In this document: piece after piece, positions 1 through 10,997 of the stretch
How the letters are laid out: each line of letters starts with the position of its first letter
Position numbering within the stretch: position 1 is the first letter of the stretch
Source of the DNA: Macrostomum lignano
Taxonomy: Eukaryota
Assembly (NCBI GenBank): GCA_002269645.1
Contig: NIVC01003645.1
Span: forward strand, 1-55,078
DNA length: 55,078 nucleotides
Direction: 5' to 3'
Position numbers and translations under genes: made by a program
The notes under the pieces: model-generated
What the model saw: the letters and a program-made list of their open reading frames with translations, nothing else
What the model was told of the DNA's origin: nothing
Database searches by the model: none

Positions 1-600
1 AATCTGACTGTCCTTAGTAATTCCCGTGAGCATTTGGCTAATCTGACTGTCCTAGTAATTCCCTGTGAGCATTTGCTAATCTGACTGTCCTTAGTAATTC
101 CCTGTGAGCATTTGGCTAATCTGACTGTCCTTAGTAATTCCCGTGAGCATTTAGCTAATCTGACTGTCCTAGTAATTCCCTGTGAGCATTCGCTAATCTG
201 ACTGTCCTTAGTAATTCCTGTGAGCATTCGCTAATCTGACTGTCCTTAGTAATTCCTGTGAGCATTTAGTAATCTGCTGTCCTAGTAATTCCTGTGAGCA
301 TTCTAATCTGACTGTCCTTAGTAATTCGCTGTGAGTATTTGGCTAGTCCTTAGTAATTCGCTGTGAGTAAATCTCGTCTGTAATTCGCTGTGAGTATTTG
401 GCTAGTCTGTAATAGTAATTCGCTGTGAGTATTTGGCTAGTCTGTAATAGTAATTCGCTGTGAGTATTTGGCTAGTCTGTAATAGTGTAATAGTAATTCG
501 CTGTGAGTATTTGGCTAGTCATATTGGCTAGTAATCCCTGTGAGCATTTGGCTAATCTGACTGTCCTTAGTAATTCCTTGTGAGCATTTGGTTAATCTGC
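1..600. repeat. About 40-bp minisatellite in a striatin intron
   Basis: Unit CTAATCTGACTGTCCTTAGTAATTCCCTGTGAGCATTTGG, with a diverged sub-block at about 340-520. Confidence 0.95.
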
Positions 601-672
601 CCCAGTAATTCCCTGTGAACCGTCCGATTTCCCGTGAACATTAGCAAGTCTAAGCTGGCAAATCACACACAG

Positions 673-3600
673 GAGATCGGCTACGTGGACACCATCCTGG
701 ATGCCAGACAGGCTCGCCTGCAGCAGCTCATTGGCGCCAGCGGTACGACAGCGTCGGCTGCGGCACCCGTTGCTGCCGCTGCCACCGTCAGCTCAGCCAG
801 TAACGATTCTAAGCCGCCGACGTCTCAGCAGCAGCAGCCGCCGCCCCCGCCGTCGCACCAGCAGCACCAGCAGCAGCAGCAGCCGCAGCAGATGCGCCAG
901 ATAACAAGCAGGTCGCAGCAGCAGCCGCAACAGCGCGGCCGAAGCATTCAAGAGCAGCTGTCCAGCCTCATTCCCGGCATCAATATTGCCGGCGACGACG
1001 AGGATGACGACGAAGATGACGACGCTGATGACGCCGACGTTGATGTTGGCGTCGGCGGCAGCGGACGGCTCGTCAGAGGCGGAGGAAAAACTGCGCTGTC
1101 TGAGGAGGATCAGGTGAGCAAAGCTGGCTTAATCCGCGATGCCAGTTTTTAAAAGTACATCATGGAGATGCTATAAGATAAAAGTACCAGCGAGATTCAG
1201 GTGTTATAGAGGATTTGGAATTAAGTTGTTGTAGCCTAGTGGTTAAGAGCGTCAAACTCACGACTGAAAGGTCGGGGTTCGATTCTCGACCCACTCTGAA
1301 CAACTTTTGTCCATGAGCGCTCTGGTTTCGGGACGATGTCGCCGAAGGCGTTGCGTCGAGGTGCGCACAGCCCTCGTGCGAATATTATTAGTGTTGTATA
1401 GATACTAATAATAGGGATTTAAGATAAAAGTACATTAAGGCGTTACTACGATAGACTGTAGACAGGTGTAAGATTGCTTCAATATTAAGGTGAGGTGGTG
1501 TAGGTAAAACAGAAGTACGCATTGCTTTATTTGTGATTTAAAAAAAATTAAATGTTAACTTGAGGGGTTGGCTAAAAGTTCATTAATTTAAAAGTACATC
1601 TGGGCGTCAGTAAGGTGACAAATCCATGGTGACAAATCCGCAGGCCATGGCCACCTTCGACTTCGTGCTGGACCAGCAGGACTCCGACATTCAGCAGCCG
1701 GCTGAGGACTCTAAAGACTCCGCAGCCGCTGCTGTTGCCGGCGGCGAAGACGGCGCCGGAGGCGTCGACGAGGACGCCGAGTGGAACCTGGATGAGCGAA
1801 CCCGGTCCAAGATGGAGGCCTTCAAGAAAGAGCGCATCAGGGGCTCGAAGAAATCCACCGGAAGCGCTGGCGGCGGCAGCGGCGGCGGAAGAGTCGGCAT
1901 GCTGGACGCTTTTCTTGACGGCTTCGACCGCGGCGAGGAGGGCGGCACCGTTGACGACTTCGACGGGGTGACGCCCAGCAGCGCGGCCGCTGCTGCCGTG
2001 GCCGCCTCCGAGGAGGAGGGCTTCCGGTCCGCTATGGGGCTCAGCCTGGGAGACCTGCAGGTTTGCGCGCGACTGTTGAAAGATTTCAGGAGATCTCTGT
2101 AAATGGATTTAGGACTGGGATCTCTGTGAATAGCTTTGGAATCTCGGTGAATAGCTTTGAGATCTCTGTGAATAGCCTCGAGATCTCTGTGAATAGCCCT
2201 GGCATCTCTGTGAATAGCTTTGGGAACTCTGTGAATAGCTTTGGGAACTCTGTGAATAGCTTTGAGATCTCTGTGAATAGCCCCGGGATCTCTGTGAATA
2301 GCTTAGAGATCTCTGTGAATAGCTTTGAGATCTCTGTGAATAGCTTTGGGATCTCTGAATAGCTTTGAGATCTCTGTGAATAGCTTTGGGATCTCTGTGA
2401 ATAGCTTTGGGATCTCGGTGAATAGCTTTGCGATCTCTGTGAATAGCCTTGGGATCTCTGTGAATAGCCTCGGGATCTCTTTGAATAGCCTCGGGATCTC
2501 TGTGAATAGCTTTGGGATCTTGGTGAATAGCTTTGAGATCTCTGTGAATAGCCTCGGGATCTTTGTGAATAGCTTTGGGATCTCGGTGAATAGCTTTGAG
2601 ATCTCTGTGAATAGCCCCAAGATCTCTGTAAATAGCCTTGGGATCTCTGTGAATAGCTTTGAGATCTCTGTGAATAGCTTTGGGATCTCTGTGAATAGCT
2701 TTGGGAACTCTGTGAATAGCTCTGAGATCTCTGTGAATAGCTTTGGGATCTCTGTGAATAGCCCGGGATCTCTGTAAATAGCCTTGGGATCTCTTTGAAT
2801 AGCCTCGGGATTTCTGTGAATAGCCTCGGGATCTCTGTGAATAGCCTCGGGATCTCTGTGAATAGCTTTGCGATCTCTGTGAATAGCTTTGGGATCTCTG
2901 TGAATAGCTTTGGGAACTCTGTGAATAGCTCTGAGATCTCTTTGAATAGCCTCGGGATCTCTGTGAATAGCTTTGAAGTATCTTTCTCTCTAACGCTTCC
3001 CACGCCCCGTGCCCCCAAATCCCAGAACATCGACGTGACCAACGAGCGCGACTACGACGACGATGTCGGCATTTCGGCCGGCGGATCCGCCTCGGCCCGC
3101 CGCACCTGGGCCTCCAAGTTCAACCTGCGCTCCCACCTGGACAGCGTTCGGAGCCTGGCCTTTCATCCCACCGATTCGGCCCTGCTGACGGCTTCCGAGG
3201 ATGGCACAATGAAGCTGTGGAATCTGAGCGGCAGAGCCGTGCATCAGGTGCGGTGAATGGCTGAGGACCAGGCGGGGAAGGGATCAGGAGGGAGAGGGGA
3301 TCAGGAGGGAGAGGGGATCAGGAGGGGAGAGGGGATCAGGAGGGAGAGGGGATCAGGAGGGAGAGGGGATCAAGAGGGAGAGTGGATCAGGAGGGAGAGG
3401 GGATCAGGAGGGAGAGGGGATCAGGAGGGAGAGGGGATCAGGAGGGGAGAGGGGATCAGGAGGAAGAGGGGATCAAGAGGGAGAGTGGATCAGGAGGGAG
3501 AGGGGATCAGGAGGGGGAGAGGGAGTCAATTGGAGAGGAGATCAGGGGGAGGGAAGGGGGTATCAGGAGAGAAGAGATGGAGAAGACATGCGGATGTAGG

Positions 3601-5400
3601 AAGAATAAGGAGGAAGCATCGCAATGTTGATAACCTAAAATCCGCTTGACCGCCCGGCACTCCAGGAGGCGGGCTCGCCCACATCGGCAGGGTCGGACAG
3701 CCAGCGCTCGGCAGGCGGCACGGCCGGTCCCCAGGTGGAGCTGGAGCCGGTGCACACATACCGCGGCCACGCTGGCCCTGTGCTGACCGTCTGCGTCTCT
3801 CCCGACGGCGGCCTCGCCTGCACTGGCGGCCTGGACGGCTGCGTGCGGGTCTGGCGGCTGCCGCCCAGCCTGTCCGGCCTGGACCAGTACGACGCCTTCG
3901 ATGCCAGCCTGGTCGGCGAAGCTCTTGAAGGCCACCAGGATGCCGTGTGGAGTCTGGCCGCTATGGGGCCGGTGAGTTGCATTGGGGAAGCCTTTTTAAA
4001 TAGTTTTGAAAATCCAAGGTGAGGAGTGAGCCTAGCGGTCAAAGCGACGGGCTCACGACTGAAAGGTCGGGGGTTCGATTCTCGACCTACCCGGAAAAAA
4101 TTTTGTGTCCTTGAGCAAGACGCTTAACTCTGCATTGCTTCAGTTCACCCAGCTGTAAAATGGGTGCCAGCATTAGCTGGGGTAATTGAGGGTGTGTGAC
4201 GACCCCCCCCCCCTCAGTCCTTGGACTGAACAGCCGTACGCAGCCTTCAGATGCGCCGCGCAATAGCTGCGGCTGAGCTGTCGGACCCCTAAGCACAGTG
4301 TTTACATGCAGCAGACAATCATCGTGTTCGCGGGGCTGCTCACAGAACTGAGAAAAGTGACGCTTCAGACTGGTTTCCATTGCAATTTTATTTTAATAAT
4401 TTACCCAGCCAATACCTGCTTTTTCAGGACACCGTGTTCTCCATCGGCGCTGATTCCACTCTGCGCGCCTGGCGCACTCGTCACCATGGCAACCAGCAGG
4501 GCGATGACGAATCTGGTTCGTCGAGTCCCCTGCTGCGCACCAGCGAGCTGCCCGGCCGGCCCACCAGCCTGGCTATTGTGCCCGCCGATCCCGGCAAGCT
4601 GCTCGTCTCCATGGCAACTGTTGCCGACTCGGCCGGCTCCTGTCTGCTGCTGGTTGACGCCGAGACCGGCCAGACAGTGCTGCGAATGCCTACGTCATCT
4701 GCTGGCGAGGGCGAAGGCGCAGCCGCCTCTGCGACTCGGGTGGTGGCGCACCCGACTCAGGTGAGTTCGGAATCCAAGCTTTCCCTATTCGTGGGCGTTT
4801 GGTTGCTATGGAGATTCTAATTGGTTGGGGATTCTGATCCCATCCTGACTCTGATTGATTGGGGATTCTGATCCCATCCTGACTCTGATTGATTGGGGAT
4901 TCTGATCCCATCCTGACTCTGATTGGGGATTCTGATCTCATCCTGACTCTGATTGATTGGGGATTCTGATCCCATCCTGACTCTGATTGATTGGGGATTC
5001 TGATCCCATCCTGACTCTGATTGATTGGGGATTCTGATCCCATCCTAAATCCCCCCACCAACAACTCCGTTGAATCTCACAGGCCACGGCCATGGCCGGC
5101 TACTCGGACCGCTGCATCCGTTGCTATGACTACGCATCGGGCGAGCTGACGCACAGCATGGTGGCCCACCTGGACTCGGTCACCAGCCTGGCCGTGGACC
5201 CCAACGGTCTCTACTTGGTGTCTGGCAGCCACGACGCCTCTCTGCGCGTCTGGAGTCTCGACGATCCGCGCAGCTGTGTGCAGGAGATCGCCGCGCACCG
5301 GCGCAAGTTCGACGAGGCCGTACACGACGTGGCCCTGCACCCGGCCAAGAGTCTCCTGGCCAGCGCCGGGGCCGACGCGCTGGCCAAAGTCTTTGTTTGA
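673..5400 (+). CDS. STRN: Striatin family protein (STRIPAK/PP2A B''' subunit), 3' part; N-terminal exons lie upstream of the window
   Basis: Six phase-0 exons bounded by AG/GT: 673-1113, 1644-2060, 3026-3247, 3666-3971, 4428-4760, 5083-5400 (678 aa plus stop). Striatin-like motifs: EIGYVDTILDAR, AMATFDFV, LGDLQNIDVTNE, WD40 repeats (KFNLRSHLDSVRSLAFHP, HTYRGHAGPV, AHLDSVTSLAVDPNGLYLVSGSHD) and the striatin C-terminus AGADALAKVFV. Confidence 0.95.
1226..1392 (+). mobile_element. tRNA-derived SINE with a short alternative body, in a striatin intron
   Basis: A-box TAGCCTAGTGG and B-box GGTTCGATTC. The head is similar to the copies at 4024, 31212 and 37322; only a remnant of the CORE start (TTTGTCCATGAGC) follows, then a different GC-rich body ending AATATTATTA. 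Confidence 0.75.
2088..2975. repeat. 21-bp minisatellite filling striatin intron 2061-3025
   Basis: Unit GATCTCTGTGAATAGCTTTGG, about 42 copies. Confidence 0.97.
3275..3545. repeat. 17-18-bp purine-rich minisatellite in a striatin intron
   Basis: Unit ATCAGGAGGGAGAGGGG. Confidence 0.95.
4024..4286 (+). mobile_element. tRNA-head CORE-SINE, lacking the 3' tail, in a striatin intron
   Basis: tRNA-like head, then GTGTCCTTGAGCAAGACGCTTAACTCTGCATTGCTTCAGTTCACCCAGCTGTAAAATGGG, which resembles the MIR CORE consensus as recalled. The 3' body is shared with the copies at 31212 and 37322. Confidence 0.88.
4822..5047. repeat. 34-bp minisatellite in the last striatin intron
   Basis: Unit CTGATCCCATCCTGACTCTGATTGATTGGGGATT; the array contains the hairpin GGGAT-TCTG-ATCCC across unit junctions. 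Confidence 0.93.
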
Positions 5401-5554
5401 TTGAAGCCCCCGTGTGACGGCTTCTGTAGAGACATTTTGTTTCTTGGAGTTTTCAAGGCTTTTTGAGAACAACAGAGCGAATAAGCAGCATTGGTAGTCT
5501 AGATTTAAATATTGATTATTCCGAGGCTTCCGGGTTTGTCTGTAGCAGATTTGT

Positions 5555-6160
5555 GTTCAGTTTCTGGCAGATTGGTGTGCAGTTACTGGCAGATTGGTGT
5601 GCAGTTGCTGGCAGATTGGTGTGCAGTTGCTGGCAGATTGATGTGCAGTTGCTGGCAGATTGGTGTGCAGTTGCTGGCAGATTGATGTGCAGTTGCTGGC
5701 AGATTGGTGTGCAGTTGCTAGCAGATTGATGTGCAGTTGCTGGCAGATTTGTGTGCAGTTGCTGGCAGATTTGTGTGCAGTTTCTGGCAGATTGGTGTGC
5801 AGTTGCTGGCAGATTGGTGTGCAGTTGCTGGCAGATTTGTGTGCAGTTGCTAGCAGATTGATGTGCAGTTGCTGACAGATTGGTGTGCAGTTGCTGGCAG
5901 ATTTGTGTGCAGTTGCTGGCAGATTTGTGTGCAGTTTCTGGCAGATTTGTGTGCAGTTGCTGGCAGATTTGTGTGCAGTTGTTGGCAGATTTGTGTGCAG
6001 TTGTTGGCAGATTGGTGTGCAGTTGCTGGCAGATTGGTGTGCAGTTGCTGGCAGATTGGTGTGCAGTTGCTGGCAGATTTGTGTGCAGTTGCTGGCAGAT
6101 TTGTGTGCAGTTGCTGGCAGATTGGTGTACAGTTGCTGGCAGATTGGTGTGCAGTATCTA
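5555..6160. repeat. 22-bp minisatellite just 3' of the striatin stop
   Basis: Unit GCAGTTGCTGGCAGATT(G/T)GTGT. Confidence 0.96.
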
Positions 6161-7404
6161 GCAGGTCTGCAATCCTCCCAAGCCTCCCCGCAGACAAGGA
6201 GAATGGCTGTTTCATTGAACTGATGTCTGTTGCAATGTGCGCTGGAGGCAAAAAATCCCACATCTCAAAACAGCCCACTCGAGCGAGTATAATTGAGCCT
6301 TCAAAAATTTCTAAAAAAAACAAAACTTTACCGTCATTTCACCGTGTTCAAGGACCTCTTTTAAGTTCCAAGTGGACTGCAGTTTGTCATCATAATTGTT
6401 TTCAGTCTGTTTGTCCCCCCTTGCCTAGTTGTCCTCGCCCCTCCGATTCTCAAGGACTACCGGAGCAATAAACTGGACTGTTGCACTTGTTTGCAACAGT
6501 ACTGCAGGGTTTCCAGTCCAAATGCTTAATCTTTAATAGTTCAAGAACTTCTAATTGCTTTCGCTGTCTGCCATCGTCATTGTAGTCTTATTAACAAAAT
6601 GTAGTAGTAAAAAGTGTAGTACAGTCGTTATAAAGTACTTTGTGCACTCTGCTGTCGCTTGCTCCCGCCTAATAAGAATACTAATATAATATAATATTAT
6701 TTTAATGCTACTACTAGTACTAATAGATAGTATGCCAGTCAGCATACGTGAATACTTGCTGTTTGTCTCTCTCCATATACACATATTCGATTACTATTTG
6801 CATATGTATTTGCCGATGGATCTAATAATATTGAAAATACACACATGTTCATAACTCTACTTAATAACAGTAGTCTGTAGAGCGCATATTTAGCCAGCTG
6901 TTTGGATGGAATTTTATTTGCTAAACTACTGACTGCGTAAATAAAATTATTTAAATAAACAATCTTTTTTTCGCTTTGTCAGTCCCTGATGTGTCTTGTG
7001 TTAAATGCCGTCATGTACTTTTATTTCTGTAATCCAGCCCGCTCGCCGTATGAACTTTCATACTCGAGCCGCCCTAAACTCGAATCTGTCACCAAGGATA
7101 CCAGTGCTAATTGAGGAGCTAACCCCACAAATAATCACATCTAGTAGTAATATATAATTTAGCATGCGTGGATTTACTGTAATTATTATTTAAAACGTGT
7201 TTTGCTTATTTAAACATTGCTCTTTTTGATAACAAATAGTTCTATATATTATACTGGAGCTAATTCACTGGCTGCTGTGCGGGCACTGTTGAAAATATAC
7301 CGTGCTGCTGGGTTTGTACTTTTAAGCTGCCGCAATCTATTAAATTTAATGGTCCTTTTATGAGTTCTTTTATTGCGTTGCTTTTACAGCAAACTGCTGG
7401 AGCT

Positions 7405-7700
7405 GATTCTGGGAGGCTGGTGGCCCAGCATCTGAAAATCTGGGAGGTTGGTGGGCTGGGTGGCCCAGCAACTGAGGAACTGGGAGGCTGGCCAAGCAAC
7501 TGAGGATCTGGGAGGCTGGCCCAGCAACTGAGGATCTGGGAGGCTGGCCCAGCAACTGAGGATCTGGGAGGCTGGTGGCCCAGCATTTAAGATTCTAGAA
7601 GGCTGGTGGCCCAGCAACTGAGGATCTGGGAGGCTGGCCCAGCAACTGAGGATCTGGGAGGCTGGCCCAGCAACTGACACTCCGGGAGGCTGGCCCATCA
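7405..7700. repeat. About 28-bp minisatellite
   Basis: Unit GGCCCAGCAACTGAGGATCTGGGAGGCT. Confidence 0.9.
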
Positions 7701-8467
7701 TCTGTTTAATGTGAATATTTTGTCACGCTTTCAACTAACAAAAAACTGGGCAAGTTTCAGCAATTCTAGCTTTTATGTGGCTTCGAAGCTCGAAGAAAAA
7801 GTCCGACAAAAGCGACTTGCGCAGCATATAGACTCGGTATATTTTTAATCACACATATATATATTATATTTTGCTTTGTGAAATATGGTTTCAAACTGAA
7901 ATACGCAAATTCTACGATGAGTATAAGATTCGCATTAATTAAAGTACTCTCTGATACCTATACGGCGCATGAGTCAAGAATAAGCCGCACAATGGCGACC
8001 ACAAAATGAAATACTAAGGGGGGAGGCGACAGTAGCTGATGCGGAGCACAAAACAGAAGAGTATGAAGAAAACCGGCCTTGACTAAAAGTACAAGAAAAA
8101 TTTTACAATGCACAACAATTAAGCTGTCCATATGCCTAGCATAAAAAGAAGTCAAAGAAAACAAATTTTAAGCGCTAATGTTAAAGCAAAACGAAAACCG
8201 AGGCGGAGCACTGTTGAAATTCTGTGAACCTTGCGCTGCATAGACTACTGATTGCAGAGACCTGGTTAGAAGACTATCGGAACAACCAGTAGTAATTAAA
8301 GTACATGTGCTATAGAGGCAAAAATCATTATTACTACAAAAAGCAGCTGCGACTACTGTAAGTAAAGTATTTAAGTGGCGCTGAAGTTACAGAATTATGC
8401 TTTGTGGCATACAAACAATATTTTAATTATTAGTTTGGGGCGAAGGCAAGAGAGTCGGTCAATCACC

Positions 8468-8481
8468 GTTGCCATAGCAAC
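8468..8481. promoter_or_regulatory. RFX X-box, canonical 14-mer
   Basis: GTTGCCATAGCAAC matches the GTNRCC-N(0-3)-RGYAAC consensus; function untested. Confidence 0.55.
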
Positions 8482-8689
8482 AAAGGAAGCTCAAAAGCTG
8501 AGGCATTTGAACCGATAAAAAAGTAGGGAAATATTTTTTGTTCACAAGGTAAGACAGAGCTGCAACTGGCTATTTTATGAATGGGAAGTTTCAGAGTCTG
8601 TGCGACAGTAACTGCAGACAACCCGATACTGCGTTGAAATTCGAGCACGGCAAGCACTGCCGTCGACTGAATATTCAATAGGAACTCTA

Positions 8690-9290
8690 ACAGGTGGGCC
8701 TGAGTTCGAGTCCCATCTGTGTCTTACAGGTGGGCCCGAGTTCGAGTCCCATCTGTGTCTTACAGGTGGGCCTGAGTTCGAGTCCCATCTGTGTCTTACA
8801 GGTGGGCCTGAGTTCGAGTCCCATCTGTGTCTTACAGGTGGGCCCGAGTTCGAGTCCCATCTGTGTCTTACAGGTGGGCCTGAGTTCGAATCCCATCTGT
8901 GTCTTACAGGTGGGCCTGAGTTCGAGTCCCATCTGTGTCTTACAGGTGGGCCTGAGTTCGAGTCCCATCTGTGTCTTACAGGTGGGCCTGAGTTCGAGTC
9001 CCATCTGTGTCTTACAGGTGGGCCTGAGTTCGAGTCCCATCTGTGTCTTACAGGTGGGCCCGAGTTCGAGTCCCATCTGTGTCTTACAGGTGGGCCTGAG
9101 TTCGAGTCCCATCTGTGTCTTACAGGTGGGCCTGAGTTCGAGTCCCATCTGTGCCTTACAGGTGGGCCCGAGTTCGAATCCCATCTGTGTCTTACAGGTG
9201 GGCCTGAGTTCGAATCCCATCTGTGTCTTACAGGTGAGCCCGAGTTCGAGTCCCATCTGTGTCTTACAGGTGGGCCTGAGTTCGAGTCCA
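8690..9290. repeat. 36-bp stem-loop minisatellite, about 16 copies
   Basis: Unit ACAGGTGGG-CCTGAGTTCGAGT-CCCATCTGT-GTCTT. Confidence 0.97.
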
Positions 9291-9659
9291 AAATTGCACC
9301 ATAGAACAATCTGAGTAACGGAAACAAAAAATAATAAATAAATAAACAAAAACATTAATGCTTAAAGCAAGACAAACATAAGGGTAGCAAGCAAGTGAAC
9401 TAAATAACTGTATTGTATTGCAGAATAGATGCATAATATATAATAATAATTGCATTGCGGAGCAACCCTAATCAAGTCAATACATTTTCAGAGTCTGAGA
9501 CAACGCACTGGTTGCAAAGGAAATTTTACTGTTCACCAGTCACTCATCGGCAATAATCCGGTATGAGTCATATTTTGCTGAGTAATCCTTAAGAAATGCA
9601 GCCATTTTAGCAACAACAATGGAGATGGGAGCGGATCATGGGCAGATTTTCAAGGACTG

Positions 9660-10925
9660 GGGGCTGATCAAGAGCGGATTCAAAGAGTGAGGGGGCGGAT
9701 CAGGGGCGGATTCAGAGTGAGGGGGGCGGATCAGGGGCGGATTCTTAAAGAGTGAGGGGGCTGGTCAGGGGCGGATTCAAAGAGTGAGGGGGCGGATCAG
9801 GGGCGGATTCTTAAAGAGTGAGGGGCGGATCAGGGGCGGATTCTTAAAGAGTGAGGGGGCGGATTGTCAAAGAGTGAGGGGCGGATCAGGGGAGGATTCT
9901 TAAAGAGTGAGGGGGCGGATTGTCAAAGAGTGAGGGGCGGATGAGGGGCGGATTCTTAAAGAGTGAGGGGGCGGATTGTCAAAGAGTGAGGGGCGGATCA
10001 GGGGCGGATTCTTAAAGAGTGAGGGGGCGGATGTCAAAGAGTGAGGGGCGGATCAGGGGCGGATTCTTAAAGAGTGAGGGGGCGGATTGTCAAAGAGTGA
10101 GGGGCGGATCAGGGGCGGATTCTTAAAGAGTGAGGGGCGGATCAGGGGCGGATTCTTAAAGAGTGAGTGGGCGGATTGTCAAAGAGTGAGGGGCGGATCA
10201 GGGGCGGATTCTTAAAGAGTGAGGGGGCGGATTGTCAAAGAGTGAGGGGCGGATCAGGGGCGGATTCTTAAAGAGTGAGGGGCGGATCAGGGGCGGATTC
10301 TTAAAGAGTGAGGGGGCGGATTGTCAAAGAGTGAGGGGCGGATCAGGGGAGGATTCTTAAAGAGTGAGGGGGCGGATTGTCAAAGAGTGAGGGGCGGATC
10401 AGGGGCGGATTCTTAAAGAGTGAGGGGCGGATCAGGGGAGGATTCTTAAAGAGTGAGGGGGCGGATTGTCAAAGAGTGAGGGGCGGATCAGGGGCGGATT
10501 CTTAAAGAGTGAGGGGGCGGACTGTCAAAGAGTGAGGGGCGGATCAGGGGCGGATTCTTAAAGAGTGAGGGGCGGATCAGGGGCGGATTCTTAAAGAGTG
10601 AGGGGGCGGATTGTCAAAGAGTGAGGGGCGGATCAGGGGAGGATTCTTAAAGAGTGAGGGGGCGGATTGTCAAAGAGTGAGGGGCGGATCAGGGGCGGAT
10701 TCTTAAAGAGTGAGGGGCGGATCAGGGGAGGATTCTTAAAGAGTGAGGGGGCGGATTGTCAAAGAGTGAGGGGCGGATCAGGGGCGGATTCTTAAAGAGT
10801 GAGGGGGCGGATTGTCAAAGAGTGAGGGGCGGATCAGGGGCGGATTCTTAAAGAGTGAGGGGGCGGATTGTCAAAGAGTGAGGGGCGGATCAGGGGAGGA
10901 TTCTCAAGGACTGAGGGGGGCGGAT
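9660..10925. repeat. G-rich compound minisatellite (33-bp and 23-24-bp units)
   Basis: AAAGAGTGAGGGGCGGATCAGGGGCGGATTCTT interspersed with AAAGAGTGAGGGGGCGGATTGTC. Confidence 0.96.
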
Positions 10926-10997
10926 CAGAGATGAGAGATTCAGGATCACGAAGAGCCAAAGCATGACTCGGTGGTGAGTTGGGTAACTCTGGAATCC

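Noticed and set aside
6180-8460. Protein-like fragments between striatin and the X-box (for example minus-strand DYNDDGRQRKQLEV..., ENNYDDKLQSTWNL...)
   Set aside because: They could not be joined in frame with plausible introns and I recognised no family.
8690-9290. CRISPR-like array (36-bp palindromic repeat)
   Set aside because: Units are contiguous with no unique spacers, there are no cas genes, and the context is eukaryotic.
9660-10925. Interstitial telomeric repeat
   Set aside because: G-rich but contains no TTAGGG-type unit.
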